Below, one piece after another: positions 1 to 9,770 of a stretch of DNA of 64,000 nt (its first letter is position 1; each line of letters opens with the position of its first letter). This stretch comes from a virus, in the IMG/VR virus record IMGVR_UViG_3300050821_003950, positions 31,608-95,607 of that record; one strand, given 5' to 3'. A model generated the notes under the pieces. It did not search any database. It was not told the DNA's origin and saw nothing but the letters and a program-made list of their open reading frames with translations. Position numbers and translations under genes: made by a program.

Positions 1-16
1 ATTGGGGTAAGCCGTC

Positions 17-484
17 ATGAGCACGTGGGAAGAAGCCGCGGCCCGAGCGTTCGACGCGTCGCTTCCGACGGGCGTGGTCCCGCCCCCGGTCGACGAGCGG
101 CAGCGGGCGATCGACCGAGCGATCGCGACCGCGCCCCCCGAGGCCGACGACGCGCCGGCCGAACACGCCCCCCGCCCGCCGCTCATCGTCGTCGACCACT
201 TCAACCTGAACATGATCGACATGAGCGCCGACGGCGCGTGTCTGCTCGTGCAGCAACTCACACGCTCCGAGGCGATGAGCTTGGTTCGCAAGCACAACCC
301 GCCGATCGTCACCTTCAACGAGCGCGACCTCGGCGATCTCGAAAAGGACTTGCAGCTCGACCCTTTGCCACGCCCGAACCTGCGCTACGGGACCCGGCTC
401 CTCGTGCGGTCTGCCCCCCGTTGGAATGACGTCCGATGGTTCCTCGTCGAGTACAGCGCCGACGGTAACGGCGTCTGCCCCTGA
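17..484 (+). CDS. hypothetical protein
   Basis: 155-aa ORF with high-GC3 codon pattern; no recognisable motif. Confidence 0.6.
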   Translation: MSTWEEAAARAFDASLPTGVVPPPVDERQRAIDRAIATAPPEADDAPAEHAPRPPLIVVDHFNLNMIDMSADGACLLVQQLTRSEAMSLVRKHNPPIVTFNERDLGDLEKDLQLDPLPRPNLRYGTRLLVRSAPRWNDVRWFLVEYSADGNGVCP

Positions 485-529
485 CGCTTGAGATTGTTCG
501 GCGGTTCGGCGCGCGGTAGAGTCGAGGAG

Positions 530-769
530 ATGTCGACCGAGCCCGAGGCCGAAGGCGGTCATCTAGACGACTTGCCTCGTGAGGATCGGATCTACGCCGC
601 GCTCCTCAAGCTCTCGGCCGAGGTGCTCGACGTTCGAGCGATGCTCGTCCCCGTCAAGCGATGGGAGACGATCGCGATCATCGTCCTCTCTTCTTTCATC
701 GGCGGCGTCGTCACGAACATCGTCTTCTATCTCTTGGGACTCGGCACCGTCGTCGGTTTTCACCGATGA
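530..769 (+). CDS. small membrane protein (holin-like)
   Basis: ATG at 530 after GAGGAG; C-terminal hydrophobic stretch IAIIVLSSFIGGVVTNIVFYLLGLG. Confidence 0.55.
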   Translation: MSTEPEAEGGHLDDLPREDRIYAALLKLSAEVLDVRAMLVPVKRWETIAIIVLSSFIGGVVTNIVFYLLGLGTVVGFHR

Positions 770-785
770 AGAAGGGAGCGTCGTC

Positions 786-1181
786 ATGATCTGGGCTGCG
801 ATTGTCGTTTGGGCCATTCTCGCGGGAGCGCTCGCAGTGTTCGCGACGCATTGGGTGACGAAGCGCGATCAGGCGCGCAGGCTGCGAGCCTACAAAGAGA
901 TCCTCGACGAGAAGGGTGTCGCCGTGAAGCCGGGCGAGCCGATCAAGCGAGCGCTCCTCCGCGCGCGCCGGCAAGAGATCGGCGTCGTGTCGCGCCCCCC
1001 GCCCGACTTCGCACGCTCCGTCTTGCAGCGTCCCAAGAGCCGGCCGGACATTCAGCTCGACACGCGCCACGTCAGCGGGCACACGCCGGCATCGCATCCG
1101 GGCTTCGAGGCGGTGCGCCCGCGCGCGGGGCTGATCATGCCCCCGGCGATCCCGCGCCCGTCGACGCACCGCAAGGCGTGA
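786..1181 (+). CDS. single-TM basic membrane protein
   Basis: ATG 786 after GGGAG; N-terminal hydrophobic helix, then basic tail. Confidence 0.55.
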   Translation: MIWAAIVVWAILAGALAVFATHWVTKRDQARRLRAYKEILDEKGVAVKPGEPIKRALLRARRQEIGVVSRPPPDFARSVLQRPKSRPDIQLDTRHVSGHTPASHPGFEAVRPRAGLIMPPAIPRPSTHRKA

Positions 1182-1182
1182 C

Positions 1183-1545
1183 GTGCTGACCCGGATCGAG
1201 CCCGTCGTCTATCAGGGCGCGGTAGGCCCCGAGACGCTGCAAGTGCAGATCGCGCAGGGCGACGCGCTCGTCGATCTCACGACGGTCACGTCGGCGTCGC
1301 TGCTCGTGCAGCTTCCGAACGGGAAAGAGACGACGTGGACGGCCGTGATCGCCGCGGGTCCGATCCCGCCCGCGCCGACAACGACCCTCCTGACGCTCCT
1401 CCACGCCTTCGTGGCGGGCGACGTCGACGCGGTCGGTCCCTACGTGGCGGTCGCCGTCTTGAGCGTCCCCGGGGGCACCGTGAGGAGCAAGCCGCAGAGG
1501 TTCAAGGTCGTCGACAAATTCGCGATCGACCGCGTGTTCGACTGA
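1183..1545 (+). CDS. BppU-like small beta-sandwich virion protein
   Basis: vDLT...L.v..PnG...W.A...GDvD..G.Y pattern typical of phage BppU-N-like proteins. Confidence 0.5.
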   Translation: MLTRIEPVVYQGAVGPETLQVQIAQGDALVDLTTVTSASLLVQLPNGKETTWTAVIAAGPIPPAPTTTLLTLLHAFVAGDVDAVGPYVAVAVLSVPGGTVRSKPQRFKVVDKFAIDRVFD

Positions 1546-1550
1546 AGGTC

Positions 1551-1579
1551 TGTTCAATCTAGAAAGTCGCGGATAAGCT
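1551..1579 (+). promoter_or_regulatory. leaderless-type promoter
   Basis: TGTTCA-17-TAAGCT-6-ATG. Confidence 0.7.
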
Positions 1580-1585
1580 GCGCTC

Positions 1586-1927
1586 ATGGCAGTGACACCC
1601 GAGCCCGCGTCCCCGCCGAAGGCCGCTTCGTCGAAGCCGGTTCTTCCCTTCACGATGAAGATCCGAAGCGTGCGCCGCGGCCCGGTCGCGCTCGAAGTGG
1701 ACGCGGTCGTGACGGATGCCGAGGGTAAATCCGTCTCGTCCGAGTCGGTTACGATGCACCCCAAGGCGAACGCCGCGGCCGTGTGCGCGATGCTTCAGAA
1801 CCACGTGACGGTGCTCGCGCAGTCGATGCACCGTCGAGGGGTAGCGATCATGGCCGCGGCGAGCGGCGAGCCGGAAGACGACGGCGATCTCGTCGGTCAA
1901 GAGTTCGTCGGGAGCGTCGTCACATGA
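1586..1927 (+). CDS. hypothetical protein
   Basis: 113-aa ORF behind a leaderless-type promoter; stop overlaps next ATG. Confidence 0.65.
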   Translation: MAVTPEPASPPKAASSKPVLPFTMKIRSVRRGPVALEVDAVVTDAEGKSVSSESVTMHPKANAAAVCAMLQNHVTVLAQSMHRRGVAIMAAASGEPEDDGDLVGQEFVGSVVT

Positions 1928-2967
1928 GCACGAGACTGTTCGTCCCCGCCGAAAGGCGCATCCTTCGGGTCCCCGCTCGCTACCTCGCGCGCGAGGCGCT
2001 GCGAAGGATGAACGAAGAGGAGCGCCGACTTCCTCGTCGCGTGCGGCGCGATCGCGAGCGCTCGTGCGGTATGGCCGCGCGCCTCTTCGATCACGGACGC
2101 GACGGCTTCAACACGAAGCTCTTGAGCTGGACTGGCGACACGCAAAAGGCGCTCTTGCTCGACATGACCGTCGCCGGGACGTGGATGAAGCCGCTCACGG
2201 GCGGCGTCACGAACGCGAGCCCCGCCGTCTACACCATCGCGACGCACGGCTACTCGAACGGCGATCTCGTCGTGGTGACGGGTGTGCTCGGCAACCTCTC
2301 GGCGAATCAGACCGGACTCGTCACGAACGCGACGACGAACACGTTTCAGCTCACGACGCTCGAAGGTCAGGTCATCGCGGGCTCGGGCGCGTACATCTCG
2401 GGCGGCTACACGGTCAACCTGACGCAAGCGACGTTCGTGTCGGACGTGCTCGGCACTCGCGTCGGCGTCGACCCGACGATCGCGGGCACGACGTCGAGCA
2501 AGGGCGTCGCGAACGCGACGAGCCCCGTGACGTGGCTCACGGTCCCCGCGGGCAACCCTGCGCAGGCGGTGTGCCTGTACGATGCCGCGGGCGGCACGGA
2601 CGGAACGAACCGGCTCATCGGCTGGCAAGACGGAAAGATCAGGGTCATCACGGTCGGCGACTCGCCGTCGACGTCGACGTCGATCAAGTGCCAGCCTCTT
2701 CGCGCGCAGCTATGGGACGGCGTGACTGGTGTGGCGCCCGTGCTCTGGTTCTCGAACGGCTTCTCGGCGACGCTCAGTGCGGCGGCGAACCAAGGCGCGG
2801 ACTCGATCGCGGTCGTGTCGACGGGGCACGACATCCCCGACTTGCAGACGGCCGAGGGCATCGACTTCGGCGGCGGGCTCCCGGTCACGCCGTCGGGCGG
2901 AAACATCGCGTTCAACATCGGCGTGATCTACGCCCCGCTCTCGCCGACGGGTCTCTACGAGCTGTAA
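1924..2967 (+). CDS. putative virion/fibre-associated protein
   Basis: ATGA coupling; G/T/A-rich; TNASPAVYTIATHGYSNGD module and GLPVTPSGGNI end typical of phage structural proteins. Confidence 0.65.
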   Translation: MSTRLFVPAERRILRVPARYLAREALRRMNEEERRLPRRVRRDRERSCGMAARLFDHGRDGFNTKLLSWTGDTQKALLLDMTVAGTWMKPLTGGVTNASPAVYTIATHGYSNGDLVVVTGVLGNLSANQTGLVTNATTNTFQLTTLEGQVIAGSGAYISGGYTVNLTQATFVSDVLGTRVGVDPTIAGTTSSKGVANATSPVTWLTVPAGNPAQAVCLYDAAGGTDGTNRLIGWQDGKIRVITVGDSPSTSTSIKCQPLRAQLWDGVTGVAPVLWFSNGFSATLSAAANQGADSIAVVSTGHDIPDLQTAEGIDFGGGLPVTPSGGNIAFNIGVIYAPLSPTGLYEL

Positions 2968-2979
2968 GGTAGGGCTCTC

Positions 2980-3441
2980 GTGCCCACCCACGGCGACCGA
3001 GTCAAGGAAACCACTGCGACCGTAGGCACGGGTCCGTTCACGCTCGGCGGCGCGGTCGTCGGCTATCAGGCGCTCTCGAATTGCTTCGCCGATCAGGACA
3101 TCGGCTACTTCTGCGCGACCGACGGGACGAATTGGGAAGTCTTCCAGGGGACGTTCACCCTCGGATCGGACACGCTCTCGCGCGACACGGTCGTTGCTAG
3201 CTCGAACGCGGGAGCGCTCGTCAACTTCCCGGGACCGTCGACCACGGTGTTCAACACGTACCCGGCGACGGCCGCGACGGGCATGGTGAAGAGGTCGATC
3301 GCGACGCAGAGCACGAACCAACCGCAGAACGTGATCCGCATCGCGCAGGACGACAATATGCTGTTCTTTCAAGACCTCGTCATGAACGGCACGGCCGAGG
3401 TCGTAGCTTGGGGGTCTTCCGAGCTGGTAGGGTTGCACTGA
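2980..3441 (+). CDS. putative fibre adaptor/virion protein
   Basis: DRVKETT..GTG...LGGA..GY...WEV..GT.....LSR..V.ASSN.GA.VNF, a widespread phage fibre N-terminal pattern. Confidence 0.7.
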   Translation: MPTHGDRVKETTATVGTGPFTLGGAVVGYQALSNCFADQDIGYFCATDGTNWEVFQGTFTLGSDTLSRDTVVASSNAGALVNFPGPSTTVFNTYPATAATGMVKRSIATQSTNQPQNVIRIAQDDNMLFFQDLVMNGTAEVVAWGSSELVGLH

Positions 3442-5723
3442 TGGCACGAGCGACACTAGCGACTGAAGCGCGAGCGGCCGTCCCCACGCCGGGCGCGGGC
3501 TTCGAGCGACTCTTCTTCGACAGCACCTACGCGGGCGCCGATCCCGTCATCCGGTACATGAGCCCGGACGGGACGATCACGACGCCGGTTCTTCAGAAGG
3601 GTCGACTCTTCGTCAATCCGATCGTCGACTACGGTTGCAAGTTCGATCATCGAGTCGTCTTCGACGGCGCGACGACGGGCGGGACTGGAATCATCACGAG
3701 CCCGACGGCGAACTTCACGTCGGCGGACATCGGCAAGAGGATCGTTCTCACGGCAGCGGGGGCCGGCGCGTCGCCGAACATCGCGCCCTACGTCGGCACG
3801 ATCACGAGTCTCAACTCGAACTCGTCGGCGAACGTGACGCCGAACACGACGACGACAGCGGTGACGAAGGGTCTTCAGATCCACACCGACGATCTCACGG
3901 CGTGGACGAACCTGATCAACGACGTCAACAATTCGCCGTACCCCGGCGCCGTGATCCAGATGGAGGCCGCGCAGGTCAACGCTTTCGGGACGTCGGGCTT
4001 CACGAACCGATCGGGCGTCTCGGCGTTCCTTCCGCAGATCACGAAGCAAGTGCGGTTCGAGGGGATTTGCGGCGGCCACACGGCGGACATCGGCGACTAC
4101 ACGAAAGTCGGCGGCTCGTGCATCGCCTACGTCGGGACGACCGTGGACTCGGGCGTTCCCTTCGGCGCGCTCATGACGATCGCTCCCGCGGTCGGCGTCG
4201 CGAACCAAGCGCTCAAGCAAGTGACGGCGAACCACTTTTGGCTCGACTGCCGAAACGGCGACGGTCCCGCGGCCCTCAAGGGTTTGCGAATGGCGTCGTG
4301 TCACGGGTTCTCGTTCGACGACGTCTTCGTCATGGACTGCTCCGCGATCGCCTACCACTTCGGCGTCGTCGGCCCCGGGCTCGCGGTTCCGAACGCCGGA
4401 TCGCTCGGCGAGGCGAAGGACTGCACGCGCGGGATGGCGCGGAACATCAGCGCTCGCATCCTCGAAGCGCCGGCTCAAGGCGTGACGTCGGCTCCGACGA
4501 CGACGACCTCGGCGATCACGCTCTCGACGACGGGGCAGTCGCTTACGCTCGCGGCGGCGAACGGGCTAACGACGAGCGGATACATTTGGGTGATGACGAC
4601 GATCGGGATCCCGGTCCTCGTCAACTACACGGGCGGCGGCGGGACGACGACGCTCACCGGCTGCACGGTCGACGCGACGGACGCAGCGGCGGGCGTCTAC
4701 ACGACGGTCAGCGGATCGAATGTCGTGCAAGCCTTCCCCGGCAACGCGTGCGCTTTCATGTTCGACGGCGACACGACCGCGAACATGAATCTGAGCCATT
4801 TCGACGGCGTCATCATCTCGCATGGCTCGACGTGGGGACCGGCTGCGATCGAGTATCGCGACTGCGACTCGATCGACATGCAGAATCCCGTCATCAATGG
4901 CGGGAGCAACGCCGCGACGAACGCGATCAACCGGGTCACGAAGCCGGGCGTCCGACTGAACGGTCACTCGGTCACGACGCTCCACGCGCGGAACAATGTC
5001 TTCCACGGCGGCACCGCGGGCGCTGGCGGCGTGTCGAACATGGGCGTGAACAACGCGGGCGCGCTCTTGGCGATCCAAGCCCAAGCGAACTATTGGGAAG
5101 ATTACCAGATGGCGAATGGGGAGCCGCTCCCCACGGTCGAGGGGAACAGCTTCTTCTCGTGGAACCCGAACGGCGGTTTGTCGGTCGGCCCTCTCGGCGC
5201 GCCCGTGGGCGTAGCAACGGCGGGTCAAGCGATCGCCGCGGCGACGCTCTCGCTCATTACGGGGACGCTCATCGCGATCCCGCCGCAAGGGTTTCAGATC
5301 GGGATGACGCTCCGGTTCACGGTCCACGCGTCGAAGACGGCGGCGGGAGTGGCGGCGCGCACCTTCTTCATCCGTATCGGCACGACGGGGACGACGGCCG
5401 ACGCGGTCGTCGCCACCATCACGTCCGCGCTCGGCACGGCCGCGGCGGACAATGGCGTGTTCGTCTTCACGCTCACGATCGTCGGACCGCTCGGCGCCGC
5501 GTGCGCTGCGCTCGCCGAAATGTGGATGACTCACAATCTGGCCGCGACGGGATTCTGTACGCTCCCGAGCGAGGTGCTCGTGTCGGGCTCGGGCGTCGTC
5601 ATGGCGACGTTCAACTCGACGACGGCGCAGCAATTCATCAGTCTCTCGGTCACGACGGGCACGTCCGAGGCGCTGACGATCTGGCAAGCTTCGGTCGAGT
5701 GCGTGAAGCCCGCGAACCCGTGA
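3441..5723 (+). CDS. tail fibre/tailspike with probable beta-helix
   Basis: NPIVDYG..DDLTAW tailspike-type start; Gly/Thr/Ala/Asn-rich; TGATG coupling. Confidence 0.7.
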   Translation: MARATLATEARAAVPTPGAGFERLFFDSTYAGADPVIRYMSPDGTITTPVLQKGRLFVNPIVDYGCKFDHRVVFDGATTGGTGIITSPTANFTSADIGKRIVLTAAGAGASPNIAPYVGTITSLNSNSSANVTPNTTTTAVTKGLQIHTDDLTAWTNLINDVNNSPYPGAVIQMEAAQVNAFGTSGFTNRSGVSAFLPQITKQVRFEGICGGHTADIGDYTKVGGSCIAYVGTTVDSGVPFGALMTIAPAVGVANQALKQVTANHFWLDCRNGDGPAALKGLRMASCHGFSFDDVFVMDCSAIAYHFGVVGPGLAVPNAGSLGEAKDCTRGMARNISARILEAPAQGVTSAPTTTTSAITLSTTGQSLTLAAANGLTTSGYIWVMTTIGIPVLVNYTGGGGTTTLTGCTVDATDAAAGVYTTVSGSNVVQAFPGNACAFMFDGDTTANMNLSHFDGVIISHGSTWGPAAIEYRDCDSIDMQNPVINGGSNAATNAINRVTKPGVRLNGHSVTTLHARNNVFHGGTAGAGGVSNMGVNNAGALLAIQAQANYWEDYQMANGEPLPTVEGNSFFSWNPNGGLSVGPLGAPVGVATAGQAIAAATLSLITGTLIAIPPQGFQIGMTLRFTVHASKTAAGVAARTFFIRIGTTGTTADAVVATITSALGTAAADNGVFVFTLTIVGPLGAACAALAEMWMTHNLAATGFCTLPSEVLVSGSGVVMATFNSTTAQQFISLSVTTGTSEALTIWQASVECVKPANP

Positions 5724-5731
5724 GGTAGCTC

Positions 5732-8065
5732 GTGTTCGGCTTCGATGCCTTCGACGAAGATCCGTTTGACGGGCTCCCGGCGACAGGCGGAACGATCACG
5801 CTCTCGCCCGCGGGTATCGCGAGCGACGAGGCGATCTCACCCCTGGTCATGGCGCTCGTCTGCGCGCCCGCGGGCATCGACTCGGCCGAGAAGCTCGCTC
5901 CCGCGAACGTGGCCGATTTCCTCGCCTTCTATCCGATCTCAAGCGAAGAGAGGATCGGTGCGCCGAACATCGGGCCGACGCTCTCGATCTCGGGCATCGC
6001 GAGCGAAGAGAAGGCCGGCGCGGCGAACGTGGGGCCGTCGATCTTGCTCTCGGGCATCCCGACGGCCGAGACGATCAGTCCTTCGAGTCTGACGACGGCG
6101 CTGTCCCCGAGCGGCATCGCGAGCGACGAGAAATTCGGCGCGCCGAACATCGGCCCCGTTGTCACCGGGACGATTGCGAGCGACGAGAAGATCGCGGGTT
6201 CCTCTCTTTCTGATCTGCTCACCCCCGCGGGCATCGCGTCGAGCGAGACGTTCTCCCCTCCCGATGTCGGGCCAGTTCTCGCGCCCGCTGGCATCGCGTC
6301 GAGCGAAGCGCTCCCGCCTGCGGGCGTCTACAGCCCGATTACCGGGACGATCGCGAGCGACGAGGCGCTCGCTCCCGTCGACGTTGGACCGGCACTCTCT
6401 CCCGCGGGCATCGCGACTGCGGAGTCGGTCTCGCCCGAGACGAACACGATCTCGCTTTCGCCGAGCGGCATTGCGCCGGCAGAGGTGCTCGGTCCCGCGA
6501 ACTTGGGACCGGCGCTCTCGATTGCTGGCATCGCGAGCAGTGAAGCGGTCTCGCCCTCTGCGCTCACGGCGACGGGGACCATTCCAGGGATCGCGTCGAG
6601 CGAAGCGCTCTCTCCCGCGAAGGTGGGTCCTGTCATGAGCGGGACGATCGCGAGCAACGAATCGCAGAGCGCGCGAAACTCGCCCTCGGGTCTCACGACG
6701 ACGATCGCCCCTACGGGGATCGCGTCGGACGAAGCGGTTTCGCCCCCCGCGGGGACGCAGAGCTTGAACATCAGCGGCATCGACTCGGACGAGGCTCTCG
6801 CGCCCGCGATCGTGAGCCCGATCGTGAGCGGCACGATTGCGAGCGAAGAAATCATGAGCGCGTCGGCGCTGACGGCAATCGTGGCTCTCCCCGGGATCCC
6901 GAGCGGCGAAGTGTTTTCGCCCCCGAACATCGGTCCCGTCGTCACCGGGACGATTGCGAGCGACGAGAAGCTAGGCCCGTCGACGTTGGGCCCGGTCATC
7001 GCTCCCGCGGGCATTGCCTCGGCCGAGTCGCACGCGCCCCCGGACGTCGGCCCTGTCATCGCTCCCGCGGGGATCTCGACGGCCGAAGCGGTCTCGCCCC
7101 CGGCGCTCACGTCTACGCTCTCGCCGAGCGGTATTGCGCCGGCCGAGGTGTTCGGTCCGCAGATGACGCTTAGGGTGGCGACGCTCACCGGAATTTCGAG
7201 CGACGAGAAGCTCGGCAGCGTGACGGAGACGACGACGATCGCCCCCGCTGGCGTCGCATCGAGCGAAGCGGTCTCGCCCCCGGCGCTCACAATGACGGCG
7301 ACTCTTCCCGGTATCGCATCGAGCGAAGCTCTGTCTGGCGCGACCGTCTACAAGCCGATCACCGGGACGATCGCGAGCGACGAGGCGTTCGCGCCCGTGC
7401 GCTCGACCTTCACGCTCGCGCCGAGCGGCATCGCGTCGGCCGAGGCCGTCGGGACGTCGAACGTCGGTCCTGCGCTCGCGCCCGCGGGCATCGCTTCGGC
7501 CGAGGCGCTCGTGTCCGCGCAGCTCAGCATGACGATCGCTCCCGCGGGCATCGCCGCGGGCGAGGCGATCGCGGCTCCCCGGGCGACCGTGTTCATCTCG
7601 CCGGCCGGCATCGGGACCGGGGAAGCTTTCCCGGGGGTGCTCGTCTACTGGCCCCTCGGCGGCACGATCGCGAGCGACGAGGTCATCGGCGGCGGCGGTA
7701 GGTTCACGGTCGAGTATCTGATCATCTACACATTCCGGGTGCGCCTCGACGCGCCGATCTTCGCGCTCCCCCTCGTCGCTCCCCGGGTGCTCGCGGCGCT
7801 CGAAGCCCCCGTAGCGGACCCGCCCGTCGACGCGCCTGTCCTGCGCGCGACGGTCGACGCTCCCGGGGTTGAGGTAACTCTCGCGCAGGCCCGGATCATG
7901 GCCGCCGTCGAGTCAGGCGGCCCGCTGACGACCTCGCTCGAAGCGTTCGACGCCTTGCCCGTCGAGCTTGGCGCGCCCCTTCTGAGGGCGACGGTTCACG
8001 ACGCTCCCGCGGTCATCGAGACCGAGCTGTCATCGCCCCCGGCCCTCGTCACCGAGATCGAGTAG
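5732..8065 (+). CDS. repeat-rich fibre-like protein
   Basis: MFGFDAF start; about 30 copies of an 18-19-aa G(I/T)(A/P)SxE(A/K) repeat. Confidence 0.75.
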   Translation: MFGFDAFDEDPFDGLPATGGTITLSPAGIASDEAISPLVMALVCAPAGIDSAEKLAPANVADFLAFYPISSEERIGAPNIGPTLSISGIASEEKAGAANVGPSILLSGIPTAETISPSSLTTALSPSGIASDEKFGAPNIGPVVTGTIASDEKIAGSSLSDLLTPAGIASSETFSPPDVGPVLAPAGIASSEALPPAGVYSPITGTIASDEALAPVDVGPALSPAGIATAESVSPETNTISLSPSGIAPAEVLGPANLGPALSIAGIASSEAVSPSALTATGTIPGIASSEALSPAKVGPVMSGTIASNESQSARNSPSGLTTTIAPTGIASDEAVSPPAGTQSLNISGIDSDEALAPAIVSPIVSGTIASEEIMSASALTAIVALPGIPSGEVFSPPNIGPVVTGTIASDEKLGPSTLGPVIAPAGIASAESHAPPDVGPVIAPAGISTAEAVSPPALTSTLSPSGIAPAEVFGPQMTLRVATLTGISSDEKLGSVTETTTIAPAGVASSEAVSPPALTMTATLPGIASSEALSGATVYKPITGTIASDEAFAPVRSTFTLAPSGIASAEAVGTSNVGPALAPAGIASAEALVSAQLSMTIAPAGIAAGEAIAAPRATVFISPAGIGTGEAFPGVLVYWPLGGTIASDEVIGGGGRFTVEYLIIYTFRVRLDAPIFALPLVAPRVLAALEAPVADPPVDAPVLRATVDAPGVEVTLAQARIMAAVESGGPLTTSLEAFDALPVELGAPLLRATVHDAPAVIETELSSPPALVTEIE

Positions 8066-8344
8066 GATGGTCGCGGGCCGTCGGCGAGGTTGCGGTGACC
8101 GTCGAGGCGCGCGCTCTTTCGAGTCGCTGCGCGGCGCGGCGCCGGGCGATGTCGGCGGCCCGTTTGATCTCAGTGACGAGCGAATGACTCGGGAATGATA
8201 TTCGGCGGTTCTCTCGGTGGTTCGCGGGACGGCGCAGGAACATCCACACTTAGAATCGTAACTCTATGAAACTGCGTCTATGACAGTACCGGCTAGAACG
8301 TAGAAAGTGTTTGTATCGGGGGCCTTTTCGGTCTGGAACATTGC

Positions 8345-8407
8345 GGAGTCATTGGGGAGTCATTGGGATCTACTCACCGGGTGAGGATCATCCTCACCGA
8401 GTGAGGA
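8345..8407. repeat. tandem GGAGTCATTGG repeat plus double palindrome
   Basis: GGAGTCATTGG x2 (8345-8366); TACTCACCGGGTGAGGA (8371-8387) and TCCTCACCGAGTGAGGA (8391-8407). Confidence 0.75.
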
Positions 8408-8409
8408 CT

Positions 8410-8706
8410 TCAGTTCGCGAGCCGACGTCGGAGAGCATCGGCCTTCGCCTGCGCGCTCGCGTCGCCGTGCTGCACGCCCCAAGCGGCGAGCGCTTGGCAG
8501 AGCGCGGACTCGGCGGTCACGGCGCGCACCTTCACGCGCTCGTTCCCTCCGTGGAGCGTGACGTAGAAGACCGTCAGCCCGTCGTCCGAGAAGCCGTGGC
8601 ATTCGAGGTGCGCGCAAGGCGGCTTCGGAACGCACGACGCCCACGGGAAGCGCCGCGCGAGCTTCGTGCACTCGTCGCCCGTCAACGTGTACGTGAGCGT
8701 CAGCAT
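8410..8706 (-). CDS. hypothetical protein coupled to the recombinase
   Basis: ATG overlaps the recombinase's last codon and stop (ATGCTGA). Confidence 0.55.
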   Translation of the reverse strand: MLTLTYTLTGDECTKLARRFPWASCVPKPPCAHLECHGFSDDGLTVFYVTLHGGNERVKVRAVTAESALCQALAAWGVQHGDASAQAKADALRRRLAN

Positions 8707-9314
8707 GGGAGAGACCTTACCGCGAGAAAGACGTCCTCGTCGCTCGGGCTCGTGTAGATCATCGTCGAGTGGATCGACTTGTGGCGCGCGACGCGCTGCA
8801 CGAGTCGGATGTCCTTGGTCGCGCGGTAGAGGTTCGAGAGCGCGGTGTGACGGAGACAGTGGAAGTGCAGCTTTCTCTCGAAGCGCGCCTCGACTTGCCA
8901 GTGACGGAAAATCTGGCGCAGTCGGCGCGGCGTGAGGTGCCCGCCTTGCCGCGAGTGAAAGAGCGCGCCCGCGTCTTCGATCGGGTCGCCCTCGCTCCGT
9001 TTCCAGCGCAGGAACTTTTCGAGCTTGTAGCGTAGGGCGTCGGGCAAGATCGTTTCCTGCGAGGCGAAGTCGAGGTTCGAGCGTTTGAAGACGCGGAGCG
9101 GGAAGCGGCGGCGGATGTTTCCCTTCTCGTCGCGAACGTCGCCGACGGAGAGCGCCGCGATCTCGTGCTCGCGCAGCCCCGTCCCGAGCGCGACCGAGAA
9201 GATGACATGATCGCGGAAGCCGTCTTTGTGCTCGCCCGTCGTCTTGAGGAGCGCGACCTGTTCGTCGTGCGTGAGCGTGTTCGGTGGTTTTCGGATCGAG
9301 TCGACGTAGCTCAT
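8700..9314 (-). CDS. tyrosine recombinase, catalytic domain only
   Basis: R (TGLREHE), K (VFKR), HxxR (HCLRH), H (ARHKS), Y (TMIYT); 204 aa with no N-terminal binding domain; SD AAAGGA. Confidence 0.92.
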   Translation of the reverse strand: MSYVDSIRKPPNTLTHDEQVALLKTTGEHKDGFRDHVIFSVALGTGLREHEIAALSVGDVRDEKGNIRRRFPLRVFKRSNLDFASQETILPDALRYKLEKFLRWKRSEGDPIEDAGALFHSRQGGHLTPRRLRQIFRHWQVEARFERKLHFHCLRHTALSNLYRATKDIRLVQRVARHKSIHSTMIYTSPSDEDVFLAVRSLPC

Positions 9315-9324
9315 CGGGGTCCTT

Positions 9325-9702
9325 TCAGCACGGCAGTTTTCGGACAGCGTTCACGAGTTCATCGGACTCGAAGACGACGCGCGACTTCAGCGTCACTCGG
9401 ATCGGGTTCGCTCGGCCCTGATTGAGCAGCTTCTCGCCGCGTCTACGGTACGATTTGATCTTCGCTCTTTCGATCCGGCAACCGTCGTGGACGTTGTCGG
9501 CGTGTCCGATGGCGCGAATGATGGGTCGAAGCCCGTGTGCGGCAAGCTCTCTGAACCATCTTTCGAGAGCCCGCGTCGACGAGGCGAGGTGTCCGTAGAG
9601 CCGATCTTTTAGACTGCGCGCGGTACAGCCGACGTAGCGCACGCGTCGCGTTCTCGGGTCAACGAGTACGTAGATCGTGACGTCGTATGTCATCACTGGC
9701 AA
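9325..9702 (-). CDS. GIY-YIG family endonuclease
   Basis: IYVLVDPR...YVG.T...RL..H...E...I......LLN signature. Confidence 0.85.
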   Translation of the reverse strand: MPVMTYDVTIYVLVDPRTRRVRYVGCTARSLKDRLYGHLASSTRALERWFRELAAHGLRPIIRAIGHADNVHDGCRIERAKIKSYRRRGEKLLNQGRANPIRVTLKSRVVFESDELVNAVRKLPC

Positions 9703-9770
9703 TGTATCAAAGCGGAAACTGAAGTCAAGCGGCGTGCACGACGAACGCGCTTGGGATAGGCTGCGAAGCG

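Noticed and set aside
8371-8407. Protelomerase telomere-resolution site
   Set aside because: The palindrome is imperfect with an odd centre, and the neighbouring 204-aa enzyme is far smaller than protelomerases.
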